In this document: positions 20,187-30,383 of the stretch, piece after piece | How positions within the stretch are numbered: position 1 is the first letter of the stretch | Layout of the letters: each line of letters opens with the position of its first letter | Assembly (NCBI GenBank): GCA_019894975.1 | Contig: JAGXNO010000021.1 | Span: forward strand, 1-59,860 | DNA: 59,860 nucleotides | Reading direction: 5' to 3' | Source of the DNA: Promethearchaeota archaeon | GTDB lineage: Archaea > Asgardarchaeota > Lokiarchaeia > Sigyniarchaeales > SOKP01 | Made by a program: the position numbers and the translations under genes | The notes under the pieces: generated by a model | Databases searched by the model: none | What the model was told of the DNA's origin: nothing | What the model saw: the letters and a program-made list of their open reading frames with translations, nothing else

Positions 20187-20615
20187 TTAACCTCCTGATG
20201 GATTTTCTAATGTAGTTAAAACATAAATTAAATTAATCAAAATTAAAAGAAAGCCAAAAATCCCTAAATAGAGTCCGATTCTTGCATCAGAGATAAATTC
20301 AATCTCTTGAGTAATATGATCAATAAAGAAGAGAAGTTGAAATCCTATTCCTACAAAAGATAAAATTATGGATTTAATCCTATATTCTGAATTAAATATA
20401 ACTAAACCGTTTGCTATAAGGCAAATAACTCCGCTTATAATTGGAAAAAGAAATAAGAATGAATCTTCAATTTGTGAATCAGTAACTATAACATATAATT
20501 CAATTAAATTATAATCTGAAAACCAAGAGAAAAACTCGGAAAATATTAGGAGAATTGGGCCACTTAAACCCAGAAGCAATACGAGATATATGTTTTTAGG
20601 TTTCATTGAGAGCAA
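20187..20615 (-). CDS. Hypothetical membrane protein (4 TM)
   Basis: Hydrophobic ORF. Confidence 0.65.
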   Translation of the reverse strand: MLSMKPKNIYLVLLLGLSGPILLIFSEFFSWFSDYNLIELYVIVTDSQIEDSFLFLFPIISGVICLIANGLVIFNSEYRIKSIILSFVGIGFQLLFFIDHITQEIEFISDARIGLYLGIFGFLLILINLIYVLTTLENPSGG

Positions 20616-20755
20616 ATTTTGTATTATTTATAATCTTTAAAAAACCATAATTGAAAAACTTTAAAAATTCAAAAAGAATAATATTAAAATAAATTTTGAA
20701 AATATTAATTTAACTTGGATATCTCATTATAAAATAATTAAATTCCCCAATCATT

Positions 20756-22144
20756 ATGACGGATATAGAAACGGAATCAACGGAATCACCTCCACTTTTC
20801 AATTATCTTAAGCAAGAAATTCCTCTTGAAGATTTAAAGGATTATGCTTCACCTAGGCGTATTCAATCAATTGATTTTGTAAAAGGATTTGCAATCATTT
20901 TTATAATGCTTGCTCACACAGCTTCAGGCTGGCTAAACTCTGAATCAAGATACTTGTATGGGATTCTTTTTACTCTACTTGATATTCTTGGACCTTCATT
21001 GTTTGTTTTCCTTTCAGCATTGAGCGTAATATTTAGTATAAAAAGGAAGGAAGGTATTTTACCGCAAAAAATAATCAGAAACCGTATTTTCACAAGAGGT
21101 ATAGTCATGATTGTTATTGGGATGTTGACAAATATCGTTGTTCTCGAAGGAGAAGAGGTAAAGGTTGCAATTTGGGGATGGAACATCATCACCTTTCTCG
21201 GATTCTCTCAAATTTTTTCATTTTATATTTTAAAATTAAAAAAAACTAATCGGATTATACTAGGATTAGTAATTATTATTTTATCCCCTCTGATTAGAGC
21301 CATTCTCTATGAAGGAAAAGAAGCAGGAAATATCTTATTGACCATTGTTCATTATTTTATAACATCTCCTACACCTCATCTGACTTTTTTCCCTTATATT
21401 TCGTATATTTTTATCTCAACAATTTTTGGTGAATATATTTACGACGCGATGAATAAGGGAACAAAAGATGCCTACATAGGATTATTCCGCATTTTCTTGG
21501 TGTGGGGGATATTTTTTGTAGCAATAGGAATTTTCTTCTATTTTCCAAACGGTCTTAGTTTAACTAACTGGCAACCTGGTTGGGCACTACAAACCGCTGA
21601 TTCTATGGTAGGGGGATTATCTGAATATCCACATCTAAGATTATTAGATACTGCAAATAATCAAGACTTTTTTACAATCCCAGGGGTACCACTTTTTTTA
21701 ATAAGATGTACATCTGCAAACATGTTTTATAACCAAGGGTGTGCATTAATTATCATTGCAGTTTTCTTTTATTTTATTGATATTAAAAACAAATCAAATA
21801 GTTTTATCAATATGCTAATATATTATGGAAAAGTTTCATTGAGCTTATTCTTGCTTCATTTCTTATTTATCCCTATCTTTTTCAGTCAGTTTAATATCAC
21901 ATTTTTCCTAATAGTTGGTATTGCATATTTGGGATTTATGGGGATTTTCATGTATATTTGGAACGAATTTGGGCGTGGTGTTGGCTCTCCGGAATGGTTG
22001 ATGGTCCAGATGGGTAGAATCGGTCAGAAATCTGGTGAAGCTGTAGTGAAAACAACTAAAATAGTCTACAATAAGATTAAAAAGGAAAGAGTAAAAAAAA
22101 TGGAAGACTTCATGAAGAAATTATCGAAAGATGATGAAAAATAA
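20756..22144 (+). CDS. HGSNAT/DUF1624-family membrane acyltransferase, paralog 1
   Basis: RIQSIDFVKGFAIIFIMLAH and many TMs. Confidence 0.8.
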   Translation: MTDIETESTESPPLFNYLKQEIPLEDLKDYASPRRIQSIDFVKGFAIIFIMLAHTASGWLNSESRYLYGILFTLLDILGPSLFVFLSALSVIFSIKRKEGILPQKIIRNRIFTRGIVMIVIGMLTNIVVLEGEEVKVAIWGWNIITFLGFSQIFSFYILKLKKTNRIILGLVIIILSPLIRAILYEGKEAGNILLTIVHYFITSPTPHLTFFPYISYIFISTIFGEYIYDAMNKGTKDAYIGLFRIFLVWGIFFVAIGIFFYFPNGLSLTNWQPGWALQTADSMVGGLSEYPHLRLLDTANNQDFFTIPGVPLFLIRCTSANMFYNQGCALIIIAVFFYFIDIKNKSNSFINMLIYYGKVSLSLFLLHFLFIPIFFSQFNITFFLIVGIAYLGFMGIFMYIWNEFGRGVGSPEWLMVQMGRIGQKSGEAVVKTTKIVYNKIKKERVKKMEDFMKKLSKDDEK

Positions 22145-22220
22145 AATAACTAATCTATCTTACTATTTTTTAATTATCAAAAAATTATTTAGTATCTAAT
22201 TATTACAAATAGAATAATTT

Positions 22221-23504
22221 ATGAATAAAACTCAAACGTTTCTATTTATAGCTATATTTGCTAACACGATTTATCTGTTAATTACCTTTATTTTCTTCTA
22301 CTTCTTGGATAATCCTGTAATGAGTTTTGAAAATAATGATTACAAAACCTTCCATGACGCGGGTTTAATAATCTTAGAGGATTTGCCTGATTTATATGAT
22401 CCTTCACTTTATTTATTTCCATTCAGGTATTTTCCTCTTTCTGCTTATTTTTTTATACCTTTCTCTTTATTGGGGTTAAAAGGGGGGTATTTTGCCTTTC
22501 AAATTTTCAATTTTTTTTTAAATTTTATAAATATGTATTTAATTTTTAAAATAGTTCAGATTTATAAAAATATAAATCCAAAGATAGATCTCCGTTATAA
22601 ATTAGATTCCCCGAGACAAATCTTCAGTCATTCTGAAAATGAGTCAATACTTCATCAAAATGCAGTATATTTAATAATGGCAGCACAATTTATGAATTAT
22701 TTCTTAGGACAGATAAATATTTTAGTAACTTTTTTCACTCTTGCTTCTGTTTTTTATTTTTTGAAAGGTGGAACTAAAAATGATTTGTTGGGGGGATTTT
22801 TTTTGGGGTTTGGGATTCTATTTAAACCAACTTTAATTCTAATTCTGCCGTTTATAATCCCTTTAACTTATAACCGAAATAATAAGAAACTTCTTTTCGG
22901 TTTAAATCAAACAATTCTAAGGTTTTGTGGAACAATTGTCTTATTAGTAATCTCTGGAATATTTTTCCTAATCTATCCTAAGATGTTAACTGATTTTATT
23001 GAAGTTAATTTTGCGGGGAAATATACTTCTAATCTTGGGGATGATGTAGGAATTAATCCCTCTTTTAGTTTAACAAGAATTGTTTTAACCTTCTTCGGTC
23101 TAATTGGATTGAACTTTAGTAATTTTTTAGTGTTTATTGCAATAATGTTTCTATTTTGGCTTCCAATGTATTTTCTTTATATTTCCTCATCAGACCAATC
23201 AAATAGGTTAATTTTTGGTTATTTTGCGGGAATTCTCATAATTTCAATAGTATATTTCGACACTTGGCCTCATCATCTCATAGTATTAGCTCCATTTTTA
23301 ATTCTCTTCATCATTTTAAATAAAGATTTTGAACGCATTAACGCTGTTAAATCTATACATTACCTACTTGTTACAATAATATTAGGTTTCTGGCTGTTAT
23401 TTTATTTAACTTATAAAATTTTCCCATTCAACATAGGTGGGCTTGTATTACTAATACTCCTATATTATAATGTGTTAATGTACTTTAGAAACAAACACCA
23501 TTAA
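22221..23504 (+). CDS. GT87/DUF2029-like polytopic glycosyltransferase (GT-C)
   Basis: DYKTFHDAG..LY, FRYFPLSAYFFIPF, GQIN, FKP and WPHH motifs. Confidence 0.75.
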   Translation: MNKTQTFLFIAIFANTIYLLITFIFFYFLDNPVMSFENNDYKTFHDAGLIILEDLPDLYDPSLYLFPFRYFPLSAYFFIPFSLLGLKGGYFAFQIFNFFLNFINMYLIFKIVQIYKNINPKIDLRYKLDSPRQIFSHSENESILHQNAVYLIMAAQFMNYFLGQINILVTFFTLASVFYFLKGGTKNDLLGGFFLGFGILFKPTLILILPFIIPLTYNRNNKKLLFGLNQTILRFCGTIVLLVISGIFFLIYPKMLTDFIEVNFAGKYTSNLGDDVGINPSFSLTRIVLTFFGLIGLNFSNFLVFIAIMFLFWLPMYFLYISSSDQSNRLIFGYFAGILIISIVYFDTWPHHLIVLAPFLILFIILNKDFERINAVKSIHYLLVTIILGFWLLFYLTYKIFPFNIGGLVLLILLYYNVLMYFRNKHH

Positions 23505-23683
23505 AAATGGTTTAAAACAACAAAAATTCAAAAAAACTCCTTTCTTTCTAAAGGAAACCAATTTAAACCTTAATATTTATTATGATTTATGTCCTAAATA
23601 AAAATATATAAATATTTAATTAGGAAATTAAATTTTTTTCTTTAATTTCAAAGTAGATAAAAATAAATCCTAGAAGAATTCAA

Positions 23684-24913
23684 ATGTCAAATTCCAACCA
23701 TATTAAACAGGATGCAGAAAGTATTGAAATTCCTACTGAAGGATTTGCAGATAATTCAAAAGCAAAAAGAATTGCGTCAATAGATTTTGTAAAAGGCATT
23801 GCAATGGTATTTATTATTTTAGCCCATGCAGCGCTTGCCTGGCTTGATGATGATTGGCGTTATATCTATGGACTTGTTTTTTCTTTCTTAGATATATTAG
23901 GACCTTCTTTATTTGTCTTTTTATCCGCACTTAGTGTGATTTTTAGTATCAAGAAAAAGAAAGAGAGGGTATCAGAAAAAATGATTCGGAATCGAATTTT
24001 TACTCGAGGTATCATAATAATCATTATCGGAATCTTATTTAATCCAATGTCGTTATACACTTCAGGAGTAAGTGTTGGTTTTCCTCTTAACTTATGGGGC
24101 TGGAATTTTCTAGTATTTATTGGATTTTCCCAGATATTTTCTTATTATGTCTTAAAAATCAAAAAAGTACCACGTGTGATAATAGGAGTAACAATAATTG
24201 TAATTTCACCTTTTATCCGGGATTTTCTCTTTATTAATAAGGATCTTAATCCTGGAATCTGGATTTTACATTTCCTCATAACTTCCCCTCTCCCTCAAGT
24301 TCCTTTTCTCCCTTGGGCTGCAATTTGTTTTATTTCTACGCTATTTGGCGAATACTTATATGAAGCAATGATTAAAGGCACCAAAGAAGCTTATTATCGC
24401 TTATTTCGAATATTTGCTTATAGTGGAATTGCGCTCGTTGTAACAGGACTTATATTAGGATGGGGTAGGCACACACCTGCCACACTGGACGTATCAGAAT
24501 ACTTACACTTAGATCTACTTAGAATTGCAAATCAACAAGATTATTATCATTTTGATGGTATGCCAGATTTCATGATCAGGAGTACTATGGCGAATATGTT
24601 TTATAACCTAGGGGCAGCTTTATTTCTTATTGCCATAAGTTTTTACTTTATAGATATTAAGGGAAAAGAAAATAACGTAATTAAGATGGTAATTTTTTAT
24701 GGGAAAACCAGTCTATCACTATTTTTAATTCAATATTTGTTTCTTCCTCTCTTTATTGGCCAATTCTCAATAATATTTTACCCTATTGTATGGGTTGGAT
24801 ATTGTGGATTTCTAGGGCTATTAATGTATGTATGGTATAAATTTTTCGATGGAGTAGGCAGTCCTGAATGGTTGATGACTAAACTTGGAACAATGGGACA
24901 AAAATCTAAATAA
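23684..24913 (+). CDS. HGSNAT/DUF1624-family membrane acyltransferase, paralog 2
   Basis: RIASIDFVKGIAMVFIILAH; shares DILGPSLFVFLSALSVIFS and GVGSPEWLM with paralog 1. Confidence 0.8.
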   Translation: MSNSNHIKQDAESIEIPTEGFADNSKAKRIASIDFVKGIAMVFIILAHAALAWLDDDWRYIYGLVFSFLDILGPSLFVFLSALSVIFSIKKKKERVSEKMIRNRIFTRGIIIIIIGILFNPMSLYTSGVSVGFPLNLWGWNFLVFIGFSQIFSYYVLKIKKVPRVIIGVTIIVISPFIRDFLFINKDLNPGIWILHFLITSPLPQVPFLPWAAICFISTLFGEYLYEAMIKGTKEAYYRLFRIFAYSGIALVVTGLILGWGRHTPATLDVSEYLHLDLLRIANQQDYYHFDGMPDFMIRSTMANMFYNLGAALFLIAISFYFIDIKGKENNVIKMVIFYGKTSLSLFLIQYLFLPLFIGQFSIIFYPIVWVGYCGFLGLLMYVWYKFFDGVGSPEWLMTKLGTMGQKSK

Positions 24914-25182
24914 CTTATTAATAAAATCTTATTTAGTATCCCCTTTGTTAATTCAGGTAGAATTAATCCTAGAACATTAAGTAATCTTCAACGAATTCAT
25001 GAATGGGGTTATAAGATTTTTACTTTTTATAAATATATAAATATCTTACAAGAATAATATGAAATATGAATAAGTGAATTTTTATTACTATAATTCATTA
25101 TTTTCATATTAAATCAAATTAAAAAAAATTTTAATTTCTAAGTATAGATATTTAATATATATTTTTAGTAAGGAGCTTAAAT

Positions 25183-25739
25183 ATGTCAGGGAAGGAACAA
25201 TATAAATTCAAGATAACATTATTCGGTCCAGGCGGAGTAGGGAAGACTTCTCTATTATTAAGGTACATTAAGGATTATTTTAGTGATGACCTTAAAAAGA
25301 CAATAGGAAGCAATTTCCTGATTAAAGATGTGGACATTGATGGCAAAAACGTCCGTTTGCTATTATGGGATAGCTTAATCTAAGATTCTTAGATTGCCCT
25401 AAAATTGGCGGACAACCACAATTTCACAAACTCAGGACCATATATTTTAAGGGTAGCAATGGCGCTTTAGGAGTTTTTGATTTATCGTCTAGTCAGACCC
25501 TTTTAAAAATACCAGGGTGGATTAGCTCTATCAAAAAAACGGTAAAAAAAACCATCCCTATGATTCTATTAGGTAATAAAGTCGATTTGGAGAGAGAAGT
25601 TGAGGTAGAAGAGGCGGAGGATTTAGCACAAAGATTAAGTTGTGATTATTTAGAAACTTCCGCTTTAACTGGTATAAATGTGGAAGAAGCATTTAAGAAG
25701 ATCGCTAGAGCATGTTTACAAGATGTAGGGGTAATATAG
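25183..25739 (+). CDS. Rab-like small GTPase, 174 aa after splicing (exons 25183-25371 and 25404-25739)
   Basis: G1 GPGGVGKT, G2 TIG, G3 WD|IGGQ across the intron, then LRTIYFKG, G4 GNKVD and G5 ETSAL; TAG at 25737-25739. Confidence 0.92.
25372..25403 (+). other. 32-nt bulge-helix-bulge (BHB) intron in an mRNA
   Basis: Central helix UGGG(25366-69)/CCUA(25398-401), 3-nt bulges AUA and AAA, inner hairpin AAUCUAAG/CUUAGAUU, outer helix GUCCGUU/GGCGGAC. Confidence 0.87.
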
Positions 25740-25755
25740 CCTAATATCTTAATTC

Positions 25756-26379
25756 CTAATCCTGAAGAATCTCTAATTTTTTAAGTTCTTTTACAAGATC
25801 TTCTTTATCTAAAAATTTGATACAGATAATTCCTAGTTCTCGAGCAGTGAGGATGTTGTTCATTCCATCATCAATAAAAACAATCTCTTCAGGTTTGCAT
25901 CCCGCTTTTTCAATTGAATACTCAAATATCTTTTTTGTGGGTTTGGTGACATGTACTTCATGAGATAAGATAAATTCATCGAAATATTTAAGAAAACCCC
26001 ATTTTTTGCTAATTAGATATTCCCAATGGCTGGAATTTATATTAGATAAGCAAAGTAGTTTGATTCTCTTATTTTGTTTAATCGTTTTTATCAGTTTAAC
26101 AATCTCTGGATTGAAACCCGCAATGATACTATTAAAGGCCTTAAAAAAGTTTTTTTGATCTAATTCACAAACCTGAAGCAAATCACAAGCTAAATGATAG
26201 AACTCCTCATCCCCTATCAAGCCTTGGTGGTATATATCAGACTGACGGAAAAACTCTAATATTATTTGCGTTTGGGGTTTGTTTAGAGGAGATTGGGTGA
26301 TAATGCTATTATAAAAATTCGAGAAATCTAAGTCAACAATTACGCCACCTAGATCGAAAATTATAGCTTTAACCATCAC
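25756..26379 (-). CDS. HAD-superfamily phosphatase (YihX-like)
   Basis: FDLGGV, LSN, KP and FIDD motifs. Confidence 0.9.
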   Translation of the reverse strand: MMVKAIIFDLGGVIVDLDFSNFYNSIITQSPLNKPQTQIILEFFRQSDIYHQGLIGDEEFYHLACDLLQVCELDQKNFFKAFNSIIAGFNPEIVKLIKTIKQNKRIKLLCLSNINSSHWEYLISKKWGFLKYFDEFILSHEVHVTKPTKKIFEYSIEKAGCKPEEIVFIDDGMNNILTARELGIICIKFLDKEDLVKELKKLEILQD

Positions 26380-26397
26380 TATAGAATCCCAATTATT

Positions 26398-28458
26398 TTA
26401 TTTTCGAAAGAAAATTCTTGTTGAAAACCTTCTGAAGGGTTTCGGTAATTTATATCGAGGAAAATTCCTTGTATCATCTTCAAGCATTTCAAATAGGTTA
26501 TCTAATTTGATATCATTAATTTGTCTAGAAGTTTGCTTTTTTGGACCATAGGGTTCACCAATTAATCTCTTTCTTACTGAGATCGTTTGGTTATCTTGTT
26601 CTCTTTTACCCAGTATTAGTGTATAAGGTATCCAATCAATCTCAGATTGTCTTATTTTTTTACCTACGGTTTCTTCCCGATTGTCGAAGTCTGCTCTAAA
26701 TTGCTCACCATTGATTACATCCAGAATTGATTCTGCATATTCATTTTGATCATCTGACACAGTTATAATTCGCACTTGGATAGGAGATAACCAAGTTTTG
26801 AATCCTGGAACTATTGTATTCTTATTTCGTATAGCTGACTCAATCAGTCCCCACAAAATCCTTTCTATAGCACCAGTTGGAGAATTGTGAAGGATAATTG
26901 GATGCTTTATTTGACCATCTGTATCTGTGAAAGAAATATTGTATTTCTGTCGTTCTACGCCATCAGTATCTCTCATATATTCTAAGGAACTCTCTACATC
27001 TATTTGATTTGTGGCTAATGTAGCACTTTTACCTTGGGCTGAGAGTACATTTCTCTCAAATTTCAGAACATAATAGTAATATCTATTGTCCCACAGTTCT
27101 AATAAGGTAGGGTGCTTTTCTGATTTTATTAAATTAATAATCCAATCCTTATTTTCTTTATAAAAATCTCGTGTAGCTCTAAAAATAACATAACTCTTAA
27201 CACCTAAATCATTTTCAAGATTTTTTATTAATTCATATTGTTTTTTAAACTCGTCAATAGAAGATTCTAAATCTTTACACATTGTATGCATATCCGGCAT
27301 GGTAAATCCACGAAGTCGTCTTAATCCCGATAATTCTCCCTCTTGTTCACGTCGAAATGCATATTGTTCATACTCATAAGCCCTTAAAGGGAGGTATTGT
27401 GGTTTTAAATTCATCTGAGAGAATAAATCAAAAAGAAGAAAATCATTTGCATATCTTAATAGGTATCTATCTTTTCCAGATTCAACCCAATAACTCCTTG
27501 CAGGAAATCGAGCAGTTTGAGCTGTTAATTTCTTATTTTTTACAGTATACATAACAGGAGTATCTACTAAAATCGCACCAAAATCTATTAACCTATCTTC
27601 AATAAAGTTTTTCATAAGATTTTTCATCACTACCCCTTTAGGAAACCACCTTAGATTCCCTGCATCAGTGCTAGGATCAAAATCCACTAGTTCGAACTCT
27701 TTCATGACTTTTATGTGAGCAGGTTCAATGGCTTTATCAACAATTCTAGAACCTAATTCTGATTTTAGGAATGCAACATAGTTCTCATCTTTTATCTCTT
27801 TTGGGAGTATTAATTTGCGATTTTCATCAAAATTTAAATCTATTTCCTTCCCAGAAAGAGTTATTATTTTAAACACTGAATTTTTGAGTTCCTCCTCAGG
27901 TTTAATTGCCAATTTGACATCTCGGTACATTTCTGCTAATTCATGACCTAAACAACTGATTTTAAAGGATTTATACCAACCGAAAGGAGAAAATTTAGCT
28001 TCAATGCCCTTTTCCTCTAAAAGATTCGCAATTTTAGGACACACTTCCATCGCGTTTGCTTCATTACTAAGGAACTTGCTTAAATGCGCCCAAGGATATA
28101 CTAAAACTTTATCTACCCGATATTCATCCCTTTCTTTTATTAATTCTATTGACTTTCTTGGCTTCCCTTTGAGCTCCCCTTTTTCGATCTTTAGATTAAT
28201 ATTTCTTATTTCTTCATTCTTCTGTCTCACCTGCTCTGGAAATCCTGTAATTTGCAATATTGCAGATTCAATCTCTTCAGCACCTTGTTTTGCAATTAAA
28301 TCTGTATCATAGGTGTCTTGATCTTCAACGGATATATAACAAACTAAGATCAAGCCCTCCATTTTGATATAATCTTCTGCAAACTCTTGAGGATTGCTGG
28401 TAGCTTCTTTATTTTTGGTGACTTCAACATTCTTAGAATGGATTAGCAAGATTTTCAT
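26398..28458 (-). CDS. thrS: Threonyl-tRNA synthetase, archaeal type with N-terminal editing domain
   Basis: VYPWAHLS, PFGWYKSF..SCLGH, FRREQEGELSGLRRLRGFTMPDMH and an anticodon-binding domain. Confidence 0.95.
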   Translation of the reverse strand: MKILLIHSKNVEVTKNKEATSNPQEFAEDYIKMEGLILVCYISVEDQDTYDTDLIAKQGAEEIESAILQITGFPEQVRQKNEEIRNINLKIEKGELKGKPRKSIELIKERDEYRVDKVLVYPWAHLSKFLSNEANAMEVCPKIANLLEEKGIEAKFSPFGWYKSFKISCLGHELAEMYRDVKLAIKPEEELKNSVFKIITLSGKEIDLNFDENRKLILPKEIKDENYVAFLKSELGSRIVDKAIEPAHIKVMKEFELVDFDPSTDAGNLRWFPKGVVMKNLMKNFIEDRLIDFGAILVDTPVMYTVKNKKLTAQTARFPARSYWVESGKDRYLLRYANDFLLFDLFSQMNLKPQYLPLRAYEYEQYAFRREQEGELSGLRRLRGFTMPDMHTMCKDLESSIDEFKKQYELIKNLENDLGVKSYVIFRATRDFYKENKDWIINLIKSEKHPTLLELWDNRYYYYVLKFERNVLSAQGKSATLATNQIDVESSLEYMRDTDGVERQKYNISFTDTDGQIKHPIILHNSPTGAIERILWGLIESAIRNKNTIVPGFKTWLSPIQVRIITVSDDQNEYAESILDVINGEQFRADFDNREETVGKKIRQSEIDWIPYTLILGKREQDNQTISVRKRLIGEPYGPKKQTSRQINDIKLDNLFEMLEDDTRNFPRYKLPKPFRRFSTRIFFRK

Positions 28459-28583
28459 GATAGATCATTTTTTTTGCGTGGTAATTAATACCTTATAATA
28501 AATTCTAAATACTTTTCTTACTTTTGATATATAATTATATACTTAATTCAAATTAATTTTTACTAGAATTTATCTCTATATTT

Positions 28584-29192
28584 ATGAATCTTGAAAAAAT
28601 TTTTAAAGAAATATCCAATTCATTAGACGTTTTATACCATGATAGAGAAAAAATTCTGCATTTATCTCGTGATATTGTGCGAGACTGTAGCATAGGTATA
28701 AAAAACATCCACCGTCAAGAAGGAGAAAAATTTCAAGATAAAGTAAATGTTATAAAATCTAATCTTGGGAATTTAGTTAAATTAGTGAATAGCAATCCGG
28801 GTCTTTTTTCTACATATCTGAAAACTCCAGAGCAAGAGTATACCGAATTAGTTGCTTTTCATGCCATAATTAATAATAAAGACATTCCCACACCCTCAGA
28901 AATGAAGATAAATCCTCTGAATTTCGCATTAGGTTTAGCAGATGTCATTGGGGAGTTGAGAAGGTATGCTTTGGACAACATACGAAATGATAACATTGAA
29001 GGATTGAATAATATTTTAGAAAACATGGACGAAATATATACTTATCTCTTTTCTATCGATTATCCCGTAGGAGTTACTAAAGATCTAAGACACAAAGTTG
29101 ATGTAGCACGAAGCATTATTGAAAAGACTAGGGGAGATGTGACTTTAGCTATTCAAATGAATGATTTAAAGAAATGTTTTGAAAATGAATGA
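28584..29192 (+). CDS. Translin/Trax (C3PO-like) protein
   Basis: QEYTE and LGLADVIGELRR, LRHKVDVARSIIEKTRGD. Confidence 0.88.
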   Translation: MNLEKIFKEISNSLDVLYHDREKILHLSRDIVRDCSIGIKNIHRQEGEKFQDKVNVIKSNLGNLVKLVNSNPGLFSTYLKTPEQEYTELVAFHAIINNKDIPTPSEMKINPLNFALGLADVIGELRRYALDNIRNDNIEGLNNILENMDEIYTYLFSIDYPVGVTKDLRHKVDVARSIIEKTRGDVTLAIQMNDLKKCFENE

Positions 29193-29643
29193 AACTAAGA
29201 AAAGAATACTTGTAGCCGGAACTTTTGATCTTATTCACGCGGGGCATATTTATCTCATAAATGAAGCTGCAAAATTAGGTGACGTTTATGTTATAGTAGC
29301 AACAGATAGAAATCGTGAGTTGTTTTCAGGTGAAAGCCCAATCATTCCTCAAGAACAAAGATTAGAAATTATTAGAAACCTAAAAAATGTGAAAGAAGCA
29401 AGATTAGGAAGAAATGATAACGACACTCTTAAAACGGTAAAAGAAATACATCCAGATATAATTCTCCTTGGTCCAGATCAAAGATATAGTATTAAAATAC
29501 TCAGTAAAGGGCTTAAAGAAATAGGACAAGAACATATCGAAGTGAAAAGACTAAAAAAATACTATGATAAATATAAGCTACATAGCTCAAGCTTAATAAA
29601 ACAAAAAATTATTGAACGATCAAAAAAAAATAATAAAAGATGA
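29185..29643 (+). CDS. ribL: FAD synthetase (cytidylyltransferase family)
   Basis: AGTFDLIHAGH, PDIILLGPDQ and SSS motifs; next to ribK. Confidence 0.85.
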   Translation: MNETKKRILVAGTFDLIHAGHIYLINEAAKLGDVYVIVATDRNRELFSGESPIIPQEQRLEIIRNLKNVKEARLGRNDNDTLKTVKEIHPDIILLGPDQRYSIKILSKGLKEIGQEHIEVKRLKKYYDKYKLHSSSLIKQKIIERSKKNNKR

Positions 29644-30365
29644 TAATAATGGATGAAGAAGAAATTCCACCAGACCATTACGCAAATTGGTTTGCACTCT
29701 TTCATCTTTGCCAAAATATAGGTAGTCAGAAAGCAATTCATATGAGCAGTGTTGAGTTTGCTAAGATAATCAATTTATCTCAACAAACAGCATCTAGAAG
29801 ATTAAATCAATTAGAGGAAATTGATTGGATAAAGCGAAAAACAATTGGAAAAGGACAGAGAATTAAGATTACTAAAAAAGGAGCTGATGTTATGCTAACA
29901 ATGTACAAAAATTTAAAACAAATTCTTGAAGAAATCTTAATTGTAGGTGAAGTAACAGAGGGTATGGGAGAAGGTGGATATTATGTTAGAATTCAAGAGT
30001 ACTATATTCAATTTAAAGAGAAATTAGGATTTAAACCTTGGTATGGAACACTAAATTTACAATTTAATGATCTTAATAAAGAATTGCTGGAAGAAAGCTT
30101 AAATAATCAGATTCCAGTTAGAATTGAAGGTTTTGAAAAAGAGAACGGAGAATATGGAAAGCGTACCTATGGATCAGTTGATTGTTATAAATGTATAATA
30201 TCTTGTCTAGATAACCAGGAAAAAAAAATAAACGCAGCCATCTTAAGAATTAAAAGAACACACCACAAAAAAAATATTATTGAGATTATTGCAGAACCTT
30301 ATCTAAGAGAGATATTGAAGTTAAAAGATGGAGATAGAATTAGAATAGAATTCTCAAAAAAATAA
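29640..30365 (+). CDS. ribK: CTP-dependent riboflavin kinase with N-terminal HTH
   Basis: SQQTASRRL HTH, GMGEGGYY, GTLN and LKDGD. Confidence 0.9.
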   Translation: MIIMDEEEIPPDHYANWFALFHLCQNIGSQKAIHMSSVEFAKIINLSQQTASRRLNQLEEIDWIKRKTIGKGQRIKITKKGADVMLTMYKNLKQILEEILIVGEVTEGMGEGGYYVRIQEYYIQFKEKLGFKPWYGTLNLQFNDLNKELLEESLNNQIPVRIEGFEKENGEYGKRTYGSVDCYKCIISCLDNQEKKINAAILRIKRTHHKKNIIEIIAEPYLREILKLKDGDRIRIEFSKK

Positions 30366-30383
30366 GTAGAACAATCTAATTTA

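Noticed and set aside
25183-25739. GTPase as a simple frameshifted pseudogene or a spliceosomal intron
   Set aside because: Both halves are intact, the insert is an exact BHB, and there are no GT-AG ends
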